Source: Tricharina praecox
Lineage: Eukaryota
Direction: 5' to 3'
NCBI RefSeq assembly: GCF_024521635.1
Contig: NW_026250409.1
Span: forward strand, 186,001-250,000
Length of the DNA stretch: 64,000 nt
This document shows positions 53,725 to 64,000 of this stretch, one piece after another; position 1 is the stretch's first letter, and every line of letters starts with the position of its first letter. Made by a program: the position numbers and the translations under genes. A model generated the notes under the pieces. The model searched no databases. It saw nothing but the letters and a program-made list of their open reading frames with translations, and had not been told where the DNA came from.

Positions 53725-55965
53725 ATGTCTTACTCGGACTCCGACTCACCTCTGTCCTCGCCTCCCGAGAGCGCCGACGAGGCTCCCGCGCCCAAGACCC
53801 GTCACATCGACGTCAATCGTACCAAACGCCAGGTGAATGCGGATGCGGCAACCACCAGCACCAGCAAGAAGGCCGCCGCGCCCAAGAAGAAGAAGAAGCC
53901 GACCCCCGCGCCGCCAGCTCCGACCAAAATTAAGCTCAAGGCACCAGCACCTCCCCCTCGCAGTCCATCGCCTCCCCCCAAGAAACGCAAGAAGGAGCCG
54001 CCGCATGTGTACACCCTCGCCGACTCGCCGGAGTTGGCGTTTATCGTCATGTTTCGCTCGCGTTTTGCCGACGCGTTCAAGGGTGTGCCCAACCTGGGCT
54101 GCCAGGACATCGAGCGCGGCATTGTCGACTCGACCCCCTCGGAGCAGGTCGAACAACTTCTGTGCAGAATCATCTCGCTGGTGCTAAACAGAAAGAAACC
54201 CGTGGAGTAAGTTTTGCGTTCTCTCTCTCTTTGTGGGGAATTTTTTTCTTCTTTCTTTTTTTCTCTTTTTGGTTGGCGGGGGACACACCAAAATACTGGT
54301 GCCACGCCGCCTCGTCTGGCTTGTCGTCTGACACGCCACACATAACGACCCCGCGCAAACGCACATGGACACGTGAACTTTCGCACAGAGATATGGGCTG
54401 GTGCTAATATCGTATCTCGCCGCGTGTAGGAGGGGACATCACAACCGCGCGTTGGAAGAAGCTGTACACGCTCACCAAGCTCAATGGCCGAGACAGTGGC
54501 AGGGAAAGAACCCCATGCCCGGAGGCAAGGGATTCGGAGACCTCGACACGACCGGAAGAGTACGTGCTACCTCAAACATCTGTTACCTACCCGCGGAATG
54601 TGACTGACGTGTTGCGTATTGCTACAGATTACCGCGCTTAAAGCCCTGATTAATTGGGCCCTTACCTCCTCCGAGCAGATCCGTACGATCATCGCAGAGA
54701 ATTATAAAGGGTCCAGAAGGGACGACGATCTGAACGTCGCTATATCGGTGCAGCCGTGGGGACGGGACGGTGAGAAGAGAAAGTACTGGCTTATTGAGGG
54801 ACGAGGTATGGATGGCACTCCCGGAGGACTTCGCACAGTTACTAATGGCCTCTTAGACGATACTCCGTTCAGACTGTACCGCGAGAAGAATGCTGGATCT
54901 ATGGATAGGACCTGGATCAACATTGCCGGCACCATCGATGAGATGCGTCAAGTTGCGCACGAGCTCGAGGAGGACGACGGAACCAAGCATGCGATGGCCC
55001 TCAAGACCAAGATTGACAGTGCAATCCTGCGGTTCGAGGAAGGCGAGAAGGTATGTCTGTCCCTCCTCAGGATTACATCAACCTACTCACACGACGGTGT
55101 ACAGAAACGTCAGAAGAGGGAATATCGCGCTACCCGCAAGGCCATGTTCTCGCAGCCGAACGGCGCCTCCCTGTACGAAGGCCGCACGCGCGGCAAGCGT
55201 ATTAGGTACAACTTCTCGGACGCCGACGACGACAAAGATTCCGAGGAGACGCGTTCCGGGCGCTCGACGCGCAACACTCCGCTGCCCGAAGCTCCGCGCT
55301 TCACCGCGTCCGGCCGCCAGATCCGCAAGCCGCAGACGGGCCTCTACGGCGAAGTCAAGATCAACGGCAGCCGCGGAACCTCTGCCGGAAGCGAGACCGA
55401 GGCGCCGCCGCCCTTCTCGTACGCCGAGGACCAGTGGGATGGCGACAGCCAGGGTGACGACGACGACGAGAACGAGGACGAGGTCAACGCCGACGACGAG
55501 AACGAGGACGACGACGAGAATGCCAACCTCGACTCCGCGTCCGAGCCCGAGTCCGAGTGGGACGACACCGCCTTCGTCCCGCTGGGCGACGAGAAGAGGT
55601 CGCTCAAGATCATCCTCAAGGTCAACAACAAGGGCCGACTCTCGCGCGCCAGCAGCATGGCCAGAGAGGCCGCGAGCCACCACGACCGCGTCACTCGGGC
55701 CAGCAGCGCCGCCAGGGATTGCGCCGCCGAGCTGCAGCGCCCCTCCCCCGCCAACAGCACCGCCCCCGCCGTCGCCAGGGAGAGCCCCAAGCGCGCCAGC
55801 AGCTCCGTCGCGGAGATGACGAACGGAAAGCTCGAGGAGTCGGCCAACGGAAACAAGCGCCGCCGCCTCAGCCCCGATGTCGCAATGAAGGATGTCGAGA
55901 CCTTGGCTAATGGCCATAGTCCGCCCGTCAGCAGCGTCGTCGTCGCTGGCGGCCTGACCGTCTAG
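53725..55965 (+). CDS. WHIM-domain / Ioc3-like ISWI-associated chromatin protein, about 5 exons
   Basis: AFIVMFRSRF, QDIERG, LVLNRKKPVE-RGHHNRALEEA, LKALINWAL, VQPWGRDGEKRKYWLIEG-DDTPFRLYRE (WSD/WHIM-like), YEGRTRGKRIRY; acidic tail. Confidence 0.75.
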
Positions 55966-56011
55966 AACGGCAGTCACAAGAATGACCATCGACCAGGAGC
56001 GGGATGGGAGT

Positions 56012-56039
56012 GGGGGGGGGGGGGGGGGGGGGGGGGGGG
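56012..56039. repeat. poly-G tract (28 nt)
   Basis: Directly visible, about 47 nt after the upstream stop codon. Confidence 0.9.
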
Positions 56040-56870
56040 CATAGCATAGCGACGGATGGATGGGGGGTTTCTTTTGCTCTCTACTGTTTGGTACATTATG
56101 CTCGGCGTTTTCTCTTTTTCTCTTTTTCTCTTTTTGCTTCTCTGTTTTCTCCGTGTCCTCCGGTTTCGTTTTTTCCTCTCGTTAGATGTCTCTTTTGGGG
56201 AAATTTTGATTCCTTTTCTCAGCAGGTACTTCTTTCTCGCTGGATCACTGTATGTATGTGGGAGTTCTTTTCTTTACATTAATTTTTTCTTTCTGCCTTT
56301 CTGTCTGGCTTCACGACGCGATGTTTGTATTGTATATTAGTTTTTTTTCCCTCTCTTCTGTCTTTATTTCGCTGTGTGAGGCATGGTATGGAATGGCAGT
56401 GCTTTCTGCGATTCTGCGATCAAAAAGAAGGCGCGAGGTTTTTCGCTCATCGTTCATTATCGAGGTTGCGGATACAGAGGTTTGTTAATGGGTGTGGTAT
56501 TGGCGGTACATAAAGAGAATCGAAACGGGCTTGCTTGTCATGGCCAGCCAGCCTTTTGTCGCTGTGGACTGCGGGAGGCGTACATACGGGTGTGAGGTGA
56601 GGTGCGGGTGAGGTGAGGTGCGGGTGAGGTGAGGTGAGGTCAGAGGCTGGGGTTGGAGGCTGGAGGCTGGAGGCGGGAGAGAAGCTGATGCGATGCGATG
56701 CAGCGGCTAGACTGTTGTTCAGTTCAGTTTCTTCTACACTTCCACCTGCATCCGGAGCACACAACTGAGGTGCCGCCCGCCAGACAGCCAGACCGCCAGA
56801 CCGCCAGACCGCCAGACGAAGCAAGCATCAGCCGCAGCCCGCAAGATCTCACGACATATGGTAGGTATCC

Positions 56871-56930
56871 CCACACTCACACACACATACCCACACTCAC
56901 ACACACATACCCACACTCACACACACATAC
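56871..56930. repeat. 20-bp tandem repeat (CCACACTCACACACACATAC) x3
   Basis: Three exact copies within a microsatellite-rich intergenic region that also has (GTGAG)n at about 56592-56640, (AGACCGCC)n at about 56790-56815 and (TCTG/TCGG)n at about 58040-58090. Confidence 0.9.
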
Positions 56931-58630
56931 CCACACACCCACCCACCGACCGGCCCACCGACACACCGGAATAGTGTTGCGGCTTTCCACCCATCTGGAC
57001 TCTGGGCAACTACACTCCCACTACACCACACCTGCACTCACGGATGAGTAAGGAAGGCAGGTGAGATTCGATACCACTCTACTCCACTGCATACCCACTC
57101 CAACTCTAGAGTGTGTACCGGTATATATCATATCTAAGCTTCTATTGCTCTACATATCATACAGCATGCAATGCGAGAAGTTGACGGGATGGGGATGGCG
57201 TCGCTTATATCATGTATGGGTAATGTATGTAAGTAATGTGTGTACTGCAGCTGCGGGCCTGCGGCCTTTATATAAGCATCCGTCGATGTGGTGGGATGTG
57301 ATATGATATAGTATGGCTCGTGCTCGTGCTTCGTGCTTCGTGCTCGGTGAGGATTCTGGGAATTTGAGGTCGAAGTTGAAGTTGAAGTCGAATTGAAGCC
57401 GAGGATCTGGCTGCTCGAGGAGTCGAGGGCGTCTACTCTACCGGCGTACGGGGGGGGGGGGGTGGACCAATCACAACCCTCAGACCTCTCCTCCGCTGCC
57501 CTCTGCCCTGCTGTACGCGCCACCCCAGAATCAGGATTCCTGACTCGCAACTGAATCCGCGGCGTTTCGCATCGGGAACCTGAGCTTGCTTGATCGCCCA
57601 CGCCCACGCCCCCCCACCGTGGCACCTGGCCGCCGCCGCCGCCGCGCGAGAAAAAAGGCTTGTCTATTTGGGGATGGCCTATGTAGAGTACCGACCCCAT
57701 CGGACCCCATCCCACCCCATCCCCCCCCCATCCCCCCATCCACAATCCATGCAGACAGGCTAAAGCTAAAGATGGCTGGCTGGATGGATGGTGGTGCTGG
57801 ACCGTGGTGGACCGTGGTGCTGCTGGTGGTGGCGGGATGGAGTGGGTATGGATGGATGGATGGATGGATGGGAGCATGCAGAATCTGGGATTGATTGCGC
57901 TGCGCTGCGGCACCCGCCTGTGATAGGTGGGGGAGGAGGGAGGGAGAATAATTTGCTCGTTCAGGAACTGAACTGGAACAGGAGAGAGAGGAAGAAGGGG
58001 AGGTACTCACATAGGGCGTGATGTGATAAATAAAACTGCTGTCTGTCTGTCGGTCTGTCTGTCTGTCGGTCTGTCGGTCTGTCGGTCTGTCCTCTTTTCT
58101 CCGTCCCGCTCCCTACCTCATCTAGATACCTCCTACTATATCTACATATAGGTAGATATCTGCACGATCCTGATCCTGAGCTCCCTCCTGCTCTCTCCTC
58201 CCCCGCCTCCCCACTAGAGCAAAGTAGAGTAGTACACGTACGCACACCACCTATCGACCGTTCCACTACCACCCGTCGGTTTCACTTGCACCACCGACAA
58301 AACAAGCCTGGTCAGCTCGTCGTCTTCTTCTACTTCTCCTGCTGCTTCTCCCCGTCTTCTCGATTCGATATATCTGTCTTTCTCTCTCGTGCTTGCTTCT
58401 CACTCTCACATTCACACGACACATACACCCTCACGAACTCCCTCGCGACTCCCTCGCGACACATTCACATTCACTCACTCAATCCCCCACCCACCCACCC
58501 ACCCACCCACCCACCCCAAAACACACACACACACACACACGGCTTGATTCAACTTCGGTGTTAAGCTCCTCACAACCTCCATTCAATTCGATCGGCTGCT
58601 CACTGAGCAACCGCAACCGCAACCATAGCC

Positions 58631-60247
58631 ATGATGAACAAGGTACCCCCTCCACGCCTGCTACATACCCCCATCTCCGTCTGCGTCTCCGATCCGCACA
58701 CCTCGCACGCAAATCAATCAATCAATCAATCAATCAATCAAGCACGATGCTAACCCGTCACCTCCACCTGCAGAAGCTAGGACGGTTCAAGCAATGGGCC
58801 GGCGAGCGCATGGGCGGCGAGGCGAAGACGTCCACGTCCGACGAGTTCAAGTCGTTGGAGATGGAGATGAACCTGCGGCAGGATGGTAGGAGCTCCCCCC
58901 TCGCCCCTCCCCCCTCCCCCTAGCTTCCGACCCGTGGTGAGAATGGGAATGGGAATGTCAATGCTGATTGATTGGGTTTGCCTACAGGGATGGACCGTCT
59001 CCACAGCACCATGAGCGTCTACATCAAGTCCATGTCGAAGCGGAAGGAGAGCGACGATAAAGAGAAGATGTTGCCGGTCGACGTGCTCGCCCAGGCTATG
59101 ATTGCTCATGGAGAGGAGTTTGAGCAGGATAGTTTGTTTGGCACTTGCCTTACCAGTATGTGACATCTGCCAGACGTGGTGTGTGGGTCGCGCTGACGGC
59201 GAGGACAGTGATGGGCCAGGCGAATGAGAAGGTGGCCAGAGTACAGGATTCCTACGTTCAGGCCGCGGGCGAGAGCTGGATGGAGTCGCTGGAGAGATCG
59301 TTGGCGCAGATGAAGGAGTACCAGGTATGTTCTGGAAGGGGAATAGCCACGGGAGGGTGGGTGCCGGAAGATCCTGGCTAACGTCGTGACAGGCGGCCAG
59401 GAGGAAGCTCGAGTCCCGGCGACTGGCCTACGATGCAACGCTATCCAAGATGCAGAAGCAGAAGAAGGAGGACTTCCGCATGGAGGAAGAGCTGCGGGCC
59501 CAGCGCATCAAGTACGAGGAGTCCAGCGACGACGTCTACCGCCGAATGGGAGAGATCCAAGATTCGGAGGCAGAGTCGATGGCGGATCTCGGTGCGTTCT
59601 TGGACGCCGAGCTCGAGTACCATGACCGCTGCAGAGATATCCTGGCGAATCTGAGACGGCAGTGGCCGGCTGGTCAACCGAAATCCAAGAACCGCTCCCG
59701 CTCGCTGACTGCCCACTCCTTCGGTAACGGCTCAAGGGAAGAGTCCCCCCCTCCGCCCATGCCGGAGCCCGAGCAGCGCCCTGCAATCGGGTCCCGCGTC
59801 AAGACGAGCGATCGCGGCTCATCGAACGGCGCTTTCCGCCTGCCCACCCCGGAGCGGGAGGACAAGGACAGAAAGCCGTCGTTCCACCGCACTCTAACGG
59901 CACCCACCTCTTCCTTCGAAGGCCCCACCACCTCCAACCGTCTGGCCCGCACGCGGTCCTCGGAACAGGCCGTTCTCCCTCCGCCGCTCCCCCGGAATCG
60001 TCCCTCGGTCCATGACGACGAGAACACCAGCCGAGACCGCTACGACCGCTACGACCGCTCCGAGTCTCCGGTAGCCTCCATAGCCTCCATAGGCTCCGGC
60101 TCGCGCGTCATCTCCAGATCCTCCAGCAACAACACCCTCTCGAACTCCTACAGCAACTCTGCTTCTGCGCGGAAACAGCCGCCGCCTCCGCCTCCTGCTG
60201 CCAGGAAGAAGCCGCCGCCACCGCCGCCGAAGAAGATTATGTCGTAA
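58631..60247 (+). CDS. N-BAR domain protein (endophilin-like BAR) with proline-rich tail, no SH3 seen
   Basis: MMNK-KLGRFKQWAGERMGGEAKTSTSDEFKSLE; YQ-AARRKLESRRLAYDA; LGAFLDAELEYH; tail RKQPPPPPPAARKKPPPPPPKK. The first coding exon is 12 nt. Confidence 0.85.
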
Positions 60248-60822
60248 TGGTCGTAATGGCACGGCAATTGTAGGTGTAGGTGTATGAATCTGTAGGATGA
60301 ATGATGAATTGGTGGGAAAATTGCGAGAATGGGGAGTGCGTGTTGTGTGCATTGTTTGGATCATGGTTTTTCTGTCTTACCACCATTGCTGCGATTGCTG
60401 CTGCTGTGTGCTGTGTGCTGTGTTGCATACGTGCCTTGTCTGTGTATCGTTACTTTTTTCTTCTTCTTTTTCTTCACGTCTCTTCTTGACTTTACTTTCA
60501 TGGCTACTCGTTTGATGATACACACTGGGCATTATGGGGCCATTGTACTAACTACTGAATGCTTTCGTTACGAGTCCTTCCCGCTTCTTTACGATAGAGT
60601 AGAGTACGGAATTGGTGCTACTGGAGTCTGGAGATTGCTCACAGGATCATGGATGATGTGTAATACCTTTGATATACCAACGAACAGAACAGAAGCAGCA
60701 AGAAGAAGAAAACCCCCAATCCATCCCAATCCATCCCATCCTTTTCCCAAGTATTCCCAAGTACCTATTCCCAAGTATTCCCAGAGCGCGAGCAACAGCA
60801 AGCCAGAAGAAAGAAACCAAAA

Positions 60823-63044
60823 TCAAGCCAACACCACCCCGCCCTCATCATCGTCGACCTTCCTGGCCGCCCTCCTCTTGCCCGCCTTGAAATGTTTCTT
60901 GCTGCCGCGCAGCTGCGCGACCTCGTCGGGATTGAGGTTCTCCTCGATCGCGACCATCGTCTTCGCCTTGCGGCCGCTGAGCACCTTTCCGCCGGCCGCG
61001 GCCGGCGGCGCCCGCATCACTCCGTCCTGCTGCCGGTGGAACGGGTTCGTCAGGTGCCCGCCCGCGCCGATCCCGCGCCCGAAGTACGCTTTGTCCAGCG
61101 ACTCGGTTTTGCGGCCCTCTGGCGGCGCGTAGGGGAGTGGGATCATGTCCTCGTCCAGCAGGTCGGCGTCTTCGGTGGTGGATTCTTCGACGATCGGGGC
61201 GGTGGACGTGGACGCGGGCATGCCACGGCGGCGGTGCTGCGGGAGATGCGCGATGTCGTACAGCCCGCGGTTGAATTCGGCGGAGTCGATTGGAGGGTCC
61301 GCAGGCGGCGCGTGCCCGAACAGCAGCTTGCCGTTGATGTAGTCCTTGAGCACGTAGCGGGCCGCGCGCGAGTCGTCCGGGTTGCCTGCGGACGACTTCA
61401 TGAACCCGCGGGCGCGCGCGTACGCCACGAGGAGCTCCGTGCCCGTCGGGACGCCCGTGCCGCCTTCTTCGAGCGGCCGCGTGATGATCTTGATTCCGTA
61501 CACGGCCTCGAGAAACCATTGCGGGATCCGCTGGGCGACGAGTGAGGCCGGACCCGTGAATTCGCGCTGCTGGTCGATCGGAAGGATTCCGTTGCATACT
61601 AGCTCCGCTTTGGTCGAGGCGAAGTTGGGGAAGACGAGTCCTGGGCAATCGCACAGGATTATTCGCTCGGAGAGGTGCAGAGTCTGGAAGTGCTTGGTCT
61701 TTCCCGGGGTCGACGAGACGGAGACTTTTTTGGCGCCCATGAGGGCGTTGATCGTGGAGGATTTTCCGACGTTGGGGTAGCCGACCAGGCCGATGGTCGT
61801 TTTCCGGGGCTTCGAGTCGGGCGATTCAGCTGGTCCAGATGTTAGCTGTCTGTTGGAATAGGTAGAGAAACAATGGAGGCATACAGTCTTGTTCCGGCTC
61901 GGGCGAGTTCTCAAGGAAGATGGCCTCTAGCTCATCGAGGTTGATGATGCGTATCCGGGGGTCCTCCTCATCCTCCTCCTCGTCTTCCTGTGCCGATCCG
62001 TCTTCCCCAAGCTTCAGCTTCGCAATCTCCTCCTCCGGGGCACCGTCCTTCTTCTCCGCCGTTTCCTCACCTTCCTCCTCCACGTCTTCAAACTCGCTCT
62101 CATACTCCTCCTCCTCTTGTGCCTCGAGACTCTCTCTTGCCAGGACAGCCGAGAAGAACCGGAAGCTGACACCCTCACTCTCAAAGTAGTCCGCCCAAGC
62201 CGTCCTCTGCTCAACCGTCATCATATCCGCCTTATTCACCAGCAGCAAATTCCGCTTTTTGGGGTCCACCTCCTGCACGTACTTCTCAAGATCGACACAG
62301 CGGAACAGCAGGGGATTTCTGGCATCGACGATCTGCACGACGAGATCGGAGCGCTCGATGACACGCCACAGCTGGCGCCACACCTCGAGATTCCGCTCGA
62401 ACGGGGTCATGAGCATATCAAAGTTCTCCTGGAGCTCGGCGAGGCCGCGTCGCCACGACAGAAACGACTCGCGCTCCATCTGGTCCAGCTCCTGCGGTGT
62501 GGTCTGCGCACTCCATTTTGGTCGTCGAGGGACCGTCAGCTGCTGTGAGTGCTGCGCGTGCTTGCGGTGCGTCTTGCGCTCTTGGTCCGGCGTGAGCAGG
62601 TACGGGTTGTATTGGTCTTTGTGCACTACTTGTACGTTGCTCATCTTCTCCGCTGTAAAGTCGGTATCGGCCATTTCGGCGGTCGCCAGAAACTCTGTAG
62701 TATTGTTGTCAGCACTCGAGCGCTGTCTGGAGCAGTGAGGGAGGTCAAACCGTCAAGGTCATTCTGCTCGGTGATACTGCGGATCTTGACCCAATCCGCC
62801 TCTTTTCTTTCCGGTCCAAACGACTGTAGATAGCGAGAAACGAGTCAGAAACTGGGCAATCTCTCTTCTCGACAAAGCGCAGGGAATACCATACCATCTC
62901 CACAGGTCCCTTGTGTCCGCCGCGCCCGCGACCACCTCCTCCGCGGCCGCCACCACCGCCACGGGTTACCCTCGTTCCTCCACCTCGCGAGTTCATCAGG
63001 GCCCGGCCAAGGCCGACTCTGTTCTTGCTATCGGCAAGCACCAT
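60823..63044 (-). CDS. LSG1: Large-subunit GTPase 1 (cytoplasmic 60S maturation)
   Basis: MVLADSKNRVGLGRALMN; SITEQNDLD-EFLATAE; TPFERNLEVWRQLWRVIERSD; NKAD; GYPNVGKSS; TPGKTKHFQT; DCPGLVFP (circularly permuted GTPase). Confidence 0.96.
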
Positions 63045-63481
63045 GATTGACTATCTGTCTGTGCTGGGTATTCGGTTTTCCGGACAAAGATACGTTCTGT
63101 TGCTATTGTAAATAAAGCTGGGGTTGAGTTGGGGATCGGTGGTGGGACGTAATATATGTGGGGTCAAGTCGCAGTTTACTTCTTCTCCTCCATGCTAGAG
63201 TGGCGGGGTGGAGTGAGTCGAGTTGAGTTGTGTGTGACGACCACACCGCCGAAACTTTTCTTTTCTACCCTTTTTCTTTTTGCCCCGCTATTTGATTACC
63301 ATAACCATAACCAACCCCACCAACACCACAACCACAACCACCCTTCAACTGAACTGAGCATTCTCTTTTGTCAGCAACTTCTCTCTCTCAGGACAGGATA
63401 GAACGGCAATTCGCGAGATCGCCCCCCAGACAGACAGTACAGTACACAGGAACGGGACAAACAAACAACCAACCACACAAC

Positions 63482-64000
63482 ATGGCGCCTCCTACCGCCA
63501 CCACGAAAAAGTGGATGTAAGCTCTTCGCACTCCTTCCCCGTACCGTAGCCACAGGCTTACTGACACAATGCCACAGCGACAAGAAAAACGCGAGCACCT
63601 TCCAAGTGCGCTACCGCTCACAAGAAGACCCATTGATCCACGACGACACCGCGACGCCCTTCGTTCTGCACGAGGTCGATGCGCCGAACGCGAACAAGGG
63701 CTCTAGCGGCGCCAGCGGCTCCTCCTCCAGCAAAGTCAAGAGCGCATACGACCTCGCGGCGGAGCTCGGCATCGATGCTTCCACGGTGCGCGCGAACGAG
63801 GGCGAGGCGGCGATGCACGGCATCTACTACGACGACACGACGTACGACTACATGCAGCACATGCGGGACATTGGGGGGAGTGCGGGGGAGGCGATCTTTA
63901 TCGACGCGGCGCAGGCGGGGAGTAAGCAGCGCAAGGACAAGAAGAAGCATAACAAGCAGTCGCTCGACCAGGCGATCATGATGGAGGTCGAGCCGAAGAG
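63482..64000 (+). CDS. LTV1: Low temperature viability protein Ltv1 (40S biogenesis), 5' partial
   Basis: KKWI-DKKNASTFQVRYRSQEDPLIHD; NEGEAAMHGIYYDDTTYDYMQHMRDIG. Runs off the window end. Confidence 0.9.

Noticed and set aside
57134..57913. 259-aa minus-strand ORF
   Set aside because: Low-complexity repeat read-through with no recognisable domain.

Overview
Eukaryotic, intron-rich DNA from a filamentous ascomycete. The short GT-AG introns with CTAAC/CTGAC branch points support this; Pezizomycetes is only a guess. The window holds about 21 protein-coding genes, mostly conserved housekeeping loci. In order: a PPPDE-thioredoxin-PUL protein, a NOPCHAP1/DUF4598-like protein, GDA1, VPS41, PPT1, a conserved uncharacterised beta-sandwich protein, AOS1, SDH4, AP-2 mu, TFA1, MYO2, NAP1, LSC1, a Rup1-like UBA/UIM protein, a WHIM/Ioc3-like chromatin protein, a BAR protein, LSG1 and the 5' part of LTV1. 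Between NAP1 and LSC1 (about 37.6-46.6 kb) lies a stretch with no recognisable conserved gene. It carries two intronless, convergent ORFs: an F-box/LRR-like protein, and a coiled-coil protein ending in a Nup98-type GLEBS (Gle2/Rae1-binding) motif but lacking FG repeats. That second ORF is the most unusual item here. Other notable items are a CBC:HapX-type bipartite motif upstream of SDH4, a head-to-head LSG1/LTV1 ribosome-biogenesis pair, a 17-bp minisatellite, a ~122-bp tandem duplication, micro-exons and several stop-free in-frame introns. I could not support any rRNA, tRNA, CRISPR array or intact transposon. Gene spans include introns and were spliced by eye; no database searches were run.
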